The position numbers were made by a program, and so were the translations under genes. Under the pieces are notes generated by a model, which saw nothing but the letters and a program-made list of their open reading frames with translations, did no database searches and was not told the DNA's origin. From positions 737,713-801,712 of the forward strand of contig CAJFCJ010000004.1 of NCBI GenBank assembly GCA_904063045.1: a stretch of DNA of 64,000 bases. Direction: 5' to 3'. Shown one piece after another: positions 37,640 through 53,441 of the stretch (positions are counted from its first letter, which is position 1; every line of letters begins with the position of its first letter). Source of the DNA: Dimorphilus gyrociliatus (lineage: Eukaryota > Animalia > Annelida).

Positions 37640-38568
37640 ATGACTAGTAAAGTTCGGCAAGCAATTTTGCCGATTAGCCGATTTAAGCGATACTTCACAC
37701 CGTCGCATAATTCTATAATTTGTACAAAGACTTTAAAAACATATATAGAAGCTGAAACGGAAGTAAGCAATGTGCATTTGACACCAGAAATTAGTCTTCA
37801 TTTGGTAACCCCGAATACTCCCACGTGGTACTCCGATGGGAAAGACTCCAAACTTTTTGAACCATTTTATGCATTCTATTGGCCAGGAGGCCAAGGTCTC
37901 TCAAGGTTAATTGGATGATGAATATTAAAACTTTCTACATTATTTATCATAAAAACAAGTTCACAAGTTTATTAGTTACATTGAAAATACTCAAATAATG
38001 CATTTTTAATGATTAATTTTAATTTCAGATTTATCCTTGATAATAGTGATTTAATAAAAAATAAAAACGTATTAGACATAGGTTCGGGATGCGGAGCATC
38101 TAGTATAGCATCAATCATGTCTAAAGCTTCATTCGTCACGGCGAATGATATAAATAGAGAGGCTATGGTGATTTTGGATATGAATTGCAAATTAAACTTT
38201 ATAGATAGTGATGCTATTAAGAAAGTTACTTCAAATCTAATAAATGCACATACAGAATATTTCCCATACGATATTGTTCTCATTGGGGATATGTTCTATG
38301 ACGAGTCTATTGCCAAAGAACTAATTGGATGGATGGATAAATTATCAAAAGAAGGGAAAGGTATACTTTCCTCGTATAATAACTCTTTTGTTATTAACAG
38401 AGAATTATCTTTCTTTAATTAGAAATATATTTAGGAGATCCGCAAAGAAATGATATTCTAAGTTCATTAGACGGTCGTTTAAGCATAAAGGCAACTTATA
38501 ATTTACCAGAAAATGTTCGAAAGGAAAACAATGGATTGATGACAACCAAAGTTTGGAAATTTGAGTAA
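37640..38568 (+). CDS. ETFBKMT: ETF beta-subunit lysine methyltransferase (METTL20)
   Basis: Exons 37640-37905, 38029-38360, 38423-38568. PFYAFYWPGGQGLSRFILD, SAM motif VLDIGSGCG, DIVLIGDMFYD, IYLGDP; Arg-rich mitochondrial-type N-terminus. Confidence 0.93.
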
Positions 38569-39668
38569 AAGAGTCAAATATTTTAATTCATTCGTCTCGA
38601 AAGGAGCTTATTTATCATATTGATAAACAATTCTTATGAATTGTATAACATATATTTATTAAATACATGATTTATAAGAGATACTATAAACTTGTGTTTG
38701 TAAATATACAGTATACTTAGATATATATTTATGTCCTGATTCCAGTAAAAGAATCACAAGAATTAGAGTTACGTGAGAGTTCTTTTTTGTGCTCAAGTAA
38801 TCTTCTCTGCTATATAGGTTTATTTTTCTTATTATCAAGCTTCTTCTAGTCTAAAGGTTGTACATAGTAATGATGACACAATGGTTTTAACCTTAAAATT
38901 CAAATTTTATTCCTACTTACAGAGTGTTATATAAATATGTGTTAAAGATGTAGAAAGCATCTTCTCAAGATGAGCAACAATATATTCTTGTTTTTTATTA
39001 CATAAAAAAATTAAGTTATATATACTACTTCTACAATAAATTCACGACTTAAAACATTTAAAAATACTATTTTACATAATAACTAGATAACTTGAAGACA
39101 GATTATGGTCAAGTACAATAAGTTTATATACATATTTATTATAACTATTTTAATTTATTCAATTAATCTTTGCAAAGAATTATAACCATTCAATTTTTTG
39201 TTAGGTTTCAATTGAAAGAAAAAATTCTTTAGAGACTTTGAGATAGGACTATTGGTCATTTTTTTCGTCCTAAAATATTAACCTAATTAAAGCGCTGAAG
39301 GTAATAAGGGGAATAACCAAATTACTGTAATAGCAATAATATATACATATATATATATAAATTTATATTGTAATACCATTGTTTTGTACTAAAACTGTAT
39401 TTCATGAAAAAAAAGCCAAGCTAATACAAAAGTTGCTTATTATAAGCTCGTTTAAACATTATATTTCCTTAATCGAACTTGATAATAGCACCAATAAATG
39501 CAGTAAGACATAATAAACATAAACATATTAAAAAATTAACTAATAAAAGGTATTATCTACTATATAATATAAAAAAATTAAAAAAAGCTCGATGAATAGC
39601 GATTCTCGTATTTCAATTAAATTATCTAACAAGAAAAGAATTAAGTAGAACGCTGAGTCTTTCTCTCT

Positions 39669-42600
39669 TTAGAGCCCATGTAGTTTTATGAAGCAGGCGT
39701 GACAATAGGGCTTGCTGTCTTGTTCCTTAAATGTGCCCTTATTTAATACATTATTGCAATACTGGCATCTAAAATGATCAGGGTGGAATTTCTTATTCAT
39801 AGCCGTAACACAACGGCCAGCAATAGCAGTTTGACAAACGGCGCAGATAGAACCACGCACTTTATAGAAATCTGTTTCACAATATGGTAATTTTTCATAC
39901 TCGAAAAAGCTTCCTTTCCCGAAAGGTTTACGGCATTCCTGTGGAATTGAAATAATAAACTTTGCTGCTAGATATATAATATGACAATAAGATTGTTAAT
40001 AGCAATTATTTACAACTCCAATAAATTACCTGACATACAAAACATTCTGGATGCCAGTGTTTATTTAAAGCGGAAATGTAATTGTTTCGTATCACATTAT
40101 CACAACTGCTACATTTAGGAGCAAACATTTCAAAGTAATCCTTTCTGTATTGGATAATATAAGTAAATATCTTTAAAATTAACTTAATAGTTAATTTAAA
40201 TTTAAAATTACCTGCAGAATGGTTTACCATCCTTTTCGTGAAAACCTTCTGTCCCAAAAGATTGGCCACAATTCGTGCAACAAAAATGTTCAGGGTGCCA
40301 GGTTTTATTTAGGGCAGTTAGACAATGCTATAAAATTTATTATAATTATATAACATTTCATAAAATTCTTAATGAATATAAAAATAAATAATAAAGATGA
40401 CAATATTTACATCTAAAATAGGATCGCTACAAGCTGCGCATTGGGGTGAATATAAAAGATGGTAATCATGCTCGCAATATGGTTTTCCATCCCTTTCGAA
40501 AAAAGTATTCGTTCCCAAAGCTTTTTTACAATGATAGCATACAAAGTGTTCGGGATGCCACATAAAACCCAAGGCGGTAATAACCTGTAAAGAAGCAAAT
40601 TTTTTAATAGATAATGTTAATCTTTTCCTGGAAGGCACTTAAAAGAGTATATTTACTTGTCCAATAATGGGATTAGTGCAAGCGGCACAATGACCCTTTG
40701 GTATCATTTGTACTCCTTGCTTGATCATATCCTGTTGCAAGTTACCCAACATATTATCCAGTTGATCTACGTTGTTTGCAGGCTAAGGTTAAAAATAGAA
40801 AACATTCTTAAAACTCTTTTAAAGTCAATTAGAAAGTTTAGAGCTAATAAGAACAACAATATATTTTTGACTTTCTTGAATTTTCTTTAACTTGTTTAAA
40901 CAGAGCATTCATTTAAAAATTCAAGAAAATACTTATTTAAAAACAATAAATTAATCTGTAAATAAAAAAGGGGGAAATATTTCAAAGGAATATTACATAT
41001 AAATCGATTGTATGCTGTATAAGTATAGTTATGTTTGGCAAAGTAATAACATAAATTTAACAAGTATATATAAATTTGAAAGAGTATATTTATACATATA
41101 TAGTCTAATCTGTGCGGATATCATTCGGTACACATGCAACAATAAGGTGGCAACGGAAGCAAATTAAGTGTTTTTATTATACTATTAATTGAAAACACTT
41201 AATTTGGAAAATAAATAGACAAAGTATAGAATAAGGAGGGCAAAAAACATTAAGTCAGAAAATGTATACAAAACAAAATACTTCTACATGCGAAAAAAGG
41301 CTTAAAAGAAATTTCTTAAATGACCTGTTCATCAGAAGAGGATAAAGCTTTTAATTCTCTATCCTTCCATTTCTTTGGAACGGAGTAGATTGGTTCCTTT
41401 AGATGACATTATGATATTACAAGAAATATAATAAAGACAACTTTCGACAATAACAATATTTTCTATTTTTATTATCTATAATTCCCTATCTAAGAGTCTT
41501 TTCTCAGTAGCAGTTAGGTGAGTGATTAAGTTTTACTTATTTAGCGTAACGGTAATTCATAAAGTTTTTCATAGAGAAATAATTTCGAGTGGGAGGGAAA
41601 ACAGAAAAAGGTCACTTACTTCATTCGATTGTTTCTCCACTTCTATGGGTTTTGCATTAGAAGATTGTTGACTGATCTGAACGTATTTCATAGTGACTTA
41701 AGTAACTTAATATCTTGTCATTAGTTGTTTACATAAAGAGGCTTATAAAAACTGTTACAAACTTGAAAGTCATTTAAAGATTCAAGAAGTGTATCTAGTT
41801 CTTGAGTAGCCGAAAGAGCTGTACCGCTACTTGCTCCGGAAGATCCTCCACCAGTGCTATCCGGCCGTATTTTGTTGTAAACATTAGAAGTGTCATTGCG
41901 CGATTCTAAATCCTCCTCCAGTTGAGATAGCATTGTATTTACAGACGGATCTTTTACCATAGTATTTTGTTTATCAGGTTTAATCTTTCCATTATCTACA
42001 AACAAAATGTTATGACTGCGTAACTTAAGGCTAAATTGCATGAAACCTTCTTGCGAAATTTGAGCATGAAACTGAGCTGATGATAAATCACGTAATAGAT
42101 TATCCAACTCGTTAAGGTTTTTACCCAATTTTGAGTTTTCCTCTCCAGTTTTCGGCTCGGCTAAAATTTCTGGAGGAGGAGCTGGAAAGTCTTCATCTGG
42201 AAAGTCGTAGTCGGCATTCAAACTTTGGTTACAAGGTTTTGGTAAACTCATTTCATCTGTGAATTAGATATTGCACAATAGTCTTCGTAAATATCAGAAT
42301 ATACTGTAAATAGTAAATATCATTTACCCATAGAATTACGCTGTATTCCATTCGGATGTAATTTACTACTAGCTTGAAGAGCGTCTAAAAGTTCGTCTGT
42401 TCAAAAAAGTATTATTAAATCAATTAATAATTAATAAATAATTATAATTTAAGCAGTGGTATCTTTTTATCTTTTTCTGAAGGATATAAATTGCGTGCAA
42501 ATAAGCTTTTCATGCCTCAAAAAAAAGCTCATAAGAATAAAAGAAAGGACTTGTTATACATACCCTATGCTTGTATTAATACACAGTATATCAATTAACT

Positions 42601-43359
42601 ATATGTAAAAAAAAGATCAGTAAGTTATCTCATATTATCTTTCAAAACTTGTATTTAAAAAAACACAAAGCTACTGTTTTCTTTAAGAAATAAAAATTTC
42701 TTGTGATAAGATTTTAATATTAAAAAAATAATGAAGTTAAAAAGCTATGTCTCTTTTAATACGAAATAACTAACTGATATGTTCATTAATTGGTATGGAT
42801 ATATTATCAGGATATGATCAATATCATGTTGACGAGAACAAATAAAAATGGCTATGTTAGCTAAAATTATAGTTATTTGTGGATCGCATTATATAGGCCT
42901 TATTCACTTCTAACTTTGGTTGACTTTGTAAGTCAATTACATTTTTTGATCAATTAAAAGCAATATATCGGTTAAGCAGTATTATATACGATTAAATATT
43001 CATAAAAAGAATAAGCTCTCTTTCGTAGAAGCAAAATTGGACAATTAATGAGAAAGAAATGAAACATTCTTTTAAGTTCTAAATAAAGATTATCTTAAAA
43101 AATATTAAGTTTCACGGTAACCTTTGTTGTTTAAATATTCATAGTGAAAGGGATTAAGTCTTCTTAATAAAACAATTAACTTCTCAAAGACAAACTCTTG
43201 ATAAATAGAATAACATTGAAGAATGATTTTATTTAGTTTACAATAATGTTTGCAAAACCCTTTCTCGAAAGATTATGATTAAAATAGGCCTAGGATTACA
43301 TGAATAATGGTATGTAATTAGAATGTTCAATTAAGAATAAAAATACCTAAATCATCCAT
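39669..43359 (-). CDS. PXN: Paxillin
   Basis: First exons 43347-43359 and 42328-42396 give MDDLDELLDAL (LD1); further LD motifs [40 protein letters not shown]; four C-terminal LIM domains ([32 protein letters not shown]) across exons between 39669 and about 40772. Confidence 0.95.
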
Positions 43360-43814
43360 GACACGTTTCAACAAAGTCTTTTTGAAGCATAGCAGATCCT
43401 AGTCTTTCTTCTTAATACGGTATATTTAAGTATTTCGAAAAAAAACACAAATTAGTTTTGGCAGAAGCCTGCTGTTTAGGATTATTATTTCTGCAATCGT
43501 AAAATGTTTCAGTCGATAATAGCGTGATCTATAGGACTTAGTGTGAAGCATAAATATTTTTCATTGAGTATTCTCAACTTTTACCAAAAGTTTGCTTGGA
43601 TAATAAAATAAATTATTTAGTTTGTCATTGGTGAATAGCTTATTCTAAAAAAATGTCTTAATAAACTTGAAGTAAATGATAATTTTCCGCCAAAAATCTT
43701 TCATCTACATGTACTACTTTTTATAAATTATGGAAATAGACATGACTGCCTTAATGACAATATATCTGCCATTTTGATTTTCTTTTTGTTCTATAATTCT
43801 GGAAAAGTATCAAG

Positions 43815-43849
43815 TGCACATGCGCGAATAGGCCGACTCAAAATGGCCG
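43815..43849. promoter_or_regulatory. NRF1-like and YY1-like motifs in the PXN/eIF4H divergent promoter
   Basis: tgcacatgcgcg (43815-43826) and caaaatggcc overlapping the eIF4H ATG. Confidence 0.4.
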
Positions 43850-45452
43850 ACTCTCGGAATTACAATCAAGCTGCTAATTTGGAAAATTCAGGGTAAAAAC
43901 TGTAAATTACAAATTATTTTGGTTTTTGACATAGAGAAATTAATTACTACCAAGAGACTAGCATGTTAAAATTTTTTTTAATGACTCCTATAAGTTGCAC
44001 TGATGGTTTATGTAAGAGGCGTGTTAAAAAAGCCGTAAAAACGAACTTGGTTATCTTTCTAATAAATAAACAAGAACTTATTTTATGGTTTTTATTCAAA
44101 CTAGTTATCCTTATATAATTAATTGAGTAAAGAGTTGAACATTAGGTCTCATAACAAGCATGTTTTGAGATACCATGTGACTGACTATATCACGTTTTCG
44201 TCAGCTATTTATTTTCGCCATTCTATTCTATAATGAATTGGTAAAAAGTGTAACAGTAAGTCAGAGCATGAGAAAACATGCATATATTTGTGTCACTATA
44301 TCCAAATTTACTTTTAAAAAAATAATCCAAATTTTTAAATTACTAACTGAAAAATTGTTCAGATTCGGAGGTGGACAAAGGAGGGGAAATTACGGAGGAT
44401 ACAGAGGAGGTGGCAATGGATCTCGACCACTTCCCCAGGAACCACCTTATACAGCTTACGTTGGAAATCTGCCTGACGGTTTAGTTCAGGGAGACATAGA
44501 TCAAATGTTTGTTAAGTTGTCTGTTAAGAGTGTACGATTAGTAAGAGATAAAGAAACAGATAAATTCAAAGGTAATAATCTTTAAAATGTTATGTCGGTG
44601 ATTCTCAAAATGATGAAATGCTATTTCCTAGGTTTCGCTTACGTCGAGTTTACTGATCTCAAGTCTTTGAAAGAAGCTTTAACTTACAATGGGGCCGTAA
44701 GTATTTCATTATTCCATATACCTTTATTAATTATTATTTAGTTTAGCTTAATTATTTTATTATAAAAAAAAAGTCCTACATGAAATTTCAGTAGAAAATC
44801 TTGTTTTTATTGCTTAAAAAAAGTCTGAGCACTTTACCTAATAATATTCTAAATCCTGTTTAAAATGTTAAAACTTTACACCTTTGAAAGATAAAACTAG
44901 TATATAGGTAAATTGAAAAAAAAACTAAGTTATCTTGGCAAAAAAAATTTCAATAGATAAATTATAATTTATTAAAAATTACCAAAAATTAGTTTCGTCA
45001 ATGTATTAATTGGCTAAGTAGTAAGTCGCATTTACTAAACTAAACACATTGTACAGTTATTCGAACAACGTGAAATTCGAGTGGATGTTGCAAGTGACAA
45101 AAGAAATGACTCTCGAGGAGGTCGCAGTAATCGAGGGCGCGCCCCAGCAAACCAATCATATAGAGGAGGATTTGAACGCGGACGAGGAGGTGGTCAAGCA
45201 GCTGGTGGAAATCATGGGGGAGGTGGGCAATTTCGCCAAACGGCGTCATTTAGTTCAAATCGTCGAGAACGACGTGATAGTGGAAGTAGACCTGGAGGGC
45301 AAACAGACTTTCGCGAACCGAGTCCTAGCTCGGCTGCAGCTAGACCCAAGTTGAAACTCCAGCCAAGAAGCAAGGATGCTAATCAAAACGATGAGGTGAA
45401 GAGAAATGCTAGTATATTTGGTACGGGAAAACCAAGGGAGGAGAAACAGTAA
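43843..45452 (+). CDS. EIF4H: Eukaryotic translation initiation factor 4H
   Basis: Exons 43843-43892, 44363-44571, 44632-44696, 45057-45452. [14 protein letters not shown]...[23 protein letters not shown]-rich region, [11 protein letters not shown] and [11 protein letters not shown]. Confidence 0.95.
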
Positions 45453-46232
45453 AGTGATTTTTAGTCTTTCAAAAGTTTCTTCTCGCTTTTGCTCTGTATA
45501 TTTTGCACTTATTCTATGTACGTGAGACTGGGTCACTCTCAATAAATCGTACTTATTATTTCATTTAAGTATATCAATTTATAAACGATATATCAGTTAT
45601 CTAACAGTAAAACGTTTGTAACAACGAATAACTCCGATGTGATAAGAACTGATATTCTACATTTGTACACCTAACACATGTTTTGAATTATCTTGTCAGG
45701 TGGTGAATTGTTTGAGATTCAGTCTTTACGCTTAGAGTTAGTGCTTTGTATAATTTGTCATGAATTAAAGTAGGATATATATTTTTTCATTTCGTCGGTC
45801 ACACTTGAAACGTGTATGAATTTCCACGTGATTCTTTTGTGCCAGGCGTTAATACGTACGTACCTATTGATATAATATATATATTTATATATATATATAC
45901 ATTGTATATATCGGTTATATTTACTTGTATATACAAATAAACAAAATTTGGTATATATATATATTTATGTAGATATTAAGGATAGTTAAATAAAATTTGT
46001 TATGTTTTATGAATTCATCTCCAAATCACCTTTTGAAATGGTCATTCTGAAGTATATCATGATTAATTGACATTTTAAGTCTGTGAAATACTTATAAAAA
46101 GTGCAATTAATCTAATAAAAACTTGATAGCATTTAAAAACATGTGATTGCTGTGTAATTTATTTTGAACTTGGTTAAAATAACTGTATTTCTAACAAAAA
46201 AGGCATATATATCAACAGTACAATGAAATGTT

Positions 46233-47347
46233 TCACGCTTTCTTTACTGGAATGATTTTGCTAACGATTATGTAGCAATATTCGACGTTGTTAACGACTG
46301 AAGATATCTGATCATCAGGATTTGTGTCATCGAGCTGATACCTGAAATTTTATTTGTGACATCTTAATTTCTGCAAATAATGATATAATAGATTGAAAGC
46401 TAACTTCAATTTTTCAAAGAAGGATTTTGAAACTACGTGATGCTTCAAAACTGTAGCAACAACTTTCTTCATTCCAGTTCTGAAATTTATGCACCGTTTA
46501 ACTAATGCCAGTCGTTATGTTTTACTTACTTTAATGCTAGCAATTCCAGTATCTGCATGAGAAACTTGCCTAGTCCTTTTCTTCTCACAGACTCTTCGAG
46601 CTGAATCTCATAACTGAAAAATCTTTTAATATACCATTATTTGATTTTATAGTTTAAGTTTACAAACCAGTATACGACTTCGATATCATCATCCAAATCA
46701 AAGCGAAAGTGAACGCAGGCCTGCGGATCGCCTTTTTCGTCTCTGGCAATGAGATATCGAGCAGCATCTTCTTCCATTTCAGATTTCTTTGCTTTGTCGT
46801 TCCATCCCCATTCACATGCTTCATACCTATAAAAATTTAGTTATTTTACTATTTCATGTCAACAGAATAAAAATACTAACAGTTCTTTCATATTTTTTCT
46901 TGTTAAATTAATTGCCCAATCACGACATTTCACGTCCATTTTCGCTGCCCATTCGCAAGATATATTAATAGTCAACCTGAATTGGATATCAATCAGAGTG
47001 GAATTTTAGACAGCTAAATAAAATTTACCCATTTCTATCAAATTTTCGAAACGGTTCAATCAGAGTCATAGGATCTGCAATCTATTAAATTAATAGTTAA
47101 AGATTAGAGAAATATTTTATAAAACTTACTTCATTGGCATCAGCCACTAACTTTTGAGATTGAGCAATCTTTCCAGATTCCTATTTAAAGAACAAAATAT
47201 ATTTTAATAGGTATATTACATATTATTTAAACTAACAAATTTCCATTTTTCTTTTTTTTCTTTGCTTCGCTTTTTTGACGGTTTCTGAAAAAACGAACTC
47301 TCAATGATCCGAATTAAAACATTTTAATTACTGTAACTTACACCCAT
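46233..47347 (-). CDS. NAA40: N-alpha-acetyltransferase 40 (NatD)
   Basis: Nine phase-consistent exons (47342-47347, 47237-47284, 47130-47180, 47029-47081, 46881-46976, 46668-46826, 46530-46613, 46405-46479, 46233-46341): [46 protein letters not shown]. Confidence 0.95.
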
Positions 47348-47444
47348 CGTTTTTACTATAAAGTGTCTTTTTAAAAAATACAAGAATCTATTCGCTCGAT
47401 GCCTAAAAAAGAACTTAAAAAAATGCTTTATGCGGCTTCGAACT

Positions 47445-47454
47445 ACCGGAAGTG
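47445..47454 (+). promoter_or_regulatory. ETS-type motif in the NAA40/C11orf98 divergent promoter
   Basis: accggaagtg between the two start codons. Confidence 0.45.
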
Positions 47455-47793
47455 TAAAAATTAGTAAAACTGAGCGCCAGAATTAGGCTCGCACTGTTAT
47501 ATATTAGTTATATAATAACTCAAAGAAATAGTCAAAAAGTGTTAATTAGAGTTAATCTGTAAAAAGTAATTAATAATTTTGATTTGTTTGATAATTTATT
47601 AATGTGAAACATTGAAAAAAAAATTATTTTTAAGAAGGTTTTCTTAACAGTGAGTTGAATAACACCAGTTTTTACTACGTATTTTAAAAGTACTACAGCT
47701 TTAATTCCAATTCGAAACTTAATTCTTTAAATATTATTATTCTTTACATTTCAAAACACTTAAGCAACAGTTATTTGAAATTATTTGTGCGAA

Positions 47794-48317
47794 ATGGGTC
47801 GCCGGAGAAAGGCAGTAAGTCTGAATTAGTCAAAGAACATTTAGTTTTTATATTATCGCCCTTTAAAAAACCATGTGTTTCAGCATAAAGATAATGTTAA
47901 AGCCAGGAAACTTAAAGCAAATATTAAAACTGATATACCTAATAAAGAAATAATCACTGAAGATATTTTAAAAAAGAGAAGGTTCGGCTGTCTAACATCT
48001 AATATAAAATTGGGTTTATTCTCAAATCTTTCAGAACTAATCCCCATGCGAAGGTATCCCTTTCTGGTAAAAAGAAGCGCAGGATCTTAAAACGATTGAA
48101 GCATTCTAAAACAGGTTCAAACCCTACAAATGGTAAGTATATGATCTCTTATAAGCTACTCAACTTATTTCTGTTAAAATAGCAAGATGTAAAATATACT
48201 CTTTTTGTAGATGAAGAGATGATGGAAGTCAAACCACAAGAAAAGACAACAAAGAAAACTCCCACAAAGAAAAAACAAACTAAAAATGTTGAAAGTTCGG
48301 CAATGGAAATAGAATAA
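47794..48317 (+). CDS. C11orf98: C11orf98-like small basic protein, about 107 aa
   Basis: Exons 47794-47814, 47884-47981, 48035-48132, 48211-48317. ITEDILKKRRTNPHAKVSLSGKKKRRIL resembles the human ITRHHLKKR...ITLSGKKRRKLL motif as I recall it. Confidence 0.8.
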
Positions 48318-48515
48318 TGACATCAGAATATATATTTAAATAATATTCCTAAAAATATCCCATCCTTTTTGTTTTGATTGAGAGTTTAATACATAACATT
48401 GCAATCTATATGTTTCTAACTATTTTATTCTAGAGTTATCATTTCTTTGAAATGTGCTCTTTTCACGTATTTAAAAATAGCTCAGGTAAAAAATTCAATA
48501 TCTTAGTAGAACTAT

Positions 48516-49374
48516 ATGGAAAATAGTTGTCTAGTTGGACCAGGACCAGCTGCTTACCTTCTTCCATCGACTTTTGCCTATGACTGTCACGATGTAACCA
48601 AGAAACGAGCTCCGGCTATATCTATTGCAGGCAAAATAAAGACTAAGGAAGGTTATAGTTCTTAAATTACCGGTTTTTTTAGAATAATTACCATTATTAC
48701 AATTGTTTAGAAATTGGGTGTGGTCCTGGACCGGGAAAAGTAATGATCGCTAAGTTTTTAACAAATACAGGAGTTAATAAAGGTCCAGAAATTTCCATAA
48801 AGGGTCGAAATTTTTTTCAATCTTTAAAACGAGATGGTACATCTAGAAACATTTCTGTCATAGAAGAAAGTTTAATTACTTTTCTTTAGCAGATCCTAAA
48901 CTGCGAAACATTGGTCCAAGTGATTCAAAATTATATCGTTCTCAGCCAGCTTTTACAATACAGTCTAAGAATTATCCAAAAGTTAAAAATGAAGATTCTC
49001 CTGCACCTAATAGATACTGTATCTCATCTACTCTGGGTAAAGGCCCATCATTTTCTTTGTCAGGAAGATGGAAAGCAAAAACATTGAAAGTCTTTACCTG
49101 TCTTTTTTATTGGAATCTTTAATGAAATTATTTTACTTTTCAGTCAAACGACTGCCCTCGTTATCAACTAGGACATAAAACAAAACTTGATGCTCCGGCA
49201 TTTTCTATTCAATCAAGGCATGAACCACCCACATATTCCTCAGTAATACCAGGACCAATGTATAAAATAAATTATGATTCCATACTACCAAGTGTACATG
49301 GCAGTTACTTTGGATGTAGGCATAGAGATGGCGTTGGAACTATGCGATGTCCGTCACCCTCTTCCGATAGTTGA
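48516..49374 (+). CDS. ODF3 / SHIPPO-repeat (ciliary microtubule-associated) protein
   Basis: Exons 48516-48651, 48711-48836, 48893-49089, 49144-49374. Repeated GPGPxxY / SPAPNRY / IPGPMY followed by APAISI / PAFTI / PSFSL / APAFSI motifs. The third donor (gtcttt) is weak. Confidence 0.85.
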
Positions 49375-49688
49375 AGTTAATACGATTACAAACATCGAAC
49401 GATAGACACAAAGTAAACGAACCTTTAAACATTCAGATAAATATAATTAAATAAGCAGTTCTTGAGGTTTTTTAAATATTTTTTTGATTCTTTCATTAAC
49501 CACACTTGCATACAAAATCTTACTGAAAGACGAAGTATTGTGCGGCACAAAAAGTGTTCACTTATATTTACAGTCTATAATTCACATTCATTTTCTAAGC
49601 AAAAACAGTAATAATCGAAAATGGAACTGTACTTAATTTACTTAACAACATATGGTAAAAGTACAAATATTCACTCTTAATGGTATGC

Positions 49689-52998
<3,310 letters not shown>

Positions 52999-53441
52999 GG
53001 CAAATGTTACTTACATATATGGCCTTGACCTTTTTTATTCCAAAAGTTTTTCTGAACTTTAAGCAAAAAAATGACCGGTAAATTCGAATAATAAAATTAA
53101 GTAGTTTACTAAATAATTACAATTGATATTTGCCTAGGTTCGATATTCAATTCTGAAGAATTTTTGTACCTGAATAATTTATCGGACTTAATTATCAGAA
53201 AAGAAAAATAAGCCAAGATTTTATCATTGGTAACAATAGCAGATAATATGGCTTCTAGTTCCGTGCCCGAAATTATATTATTAAAATCGAAATTTTACAA
53301 GTCACCATATTAGAAGCTTTTTTCACCATGCCGGAGTTAGATTTAAATAGCTGCTTATAAAAAACGCTTGTTAAGCTAAAAGATTTGATTAGGTGAACGA
53401 TCTTCATTCGTTTTAAGGAGATTAAATCAATAAGCACAAGT

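Noticed and set aside
45040-45542. Overlapping alternative-frame and antisense ORFs over eIF4H exon 4 (also over SLC10, LETM1 and paxillin exons)
   Set aside because: Expected shadow ORFs of GC-richer coding exons.
48486-48506. 21-nt GT-AG mini-intron upstream of the ODF3-like ATG
   Set aside because: Far shorter than any intron supported in this window (about 50 nt minimum).
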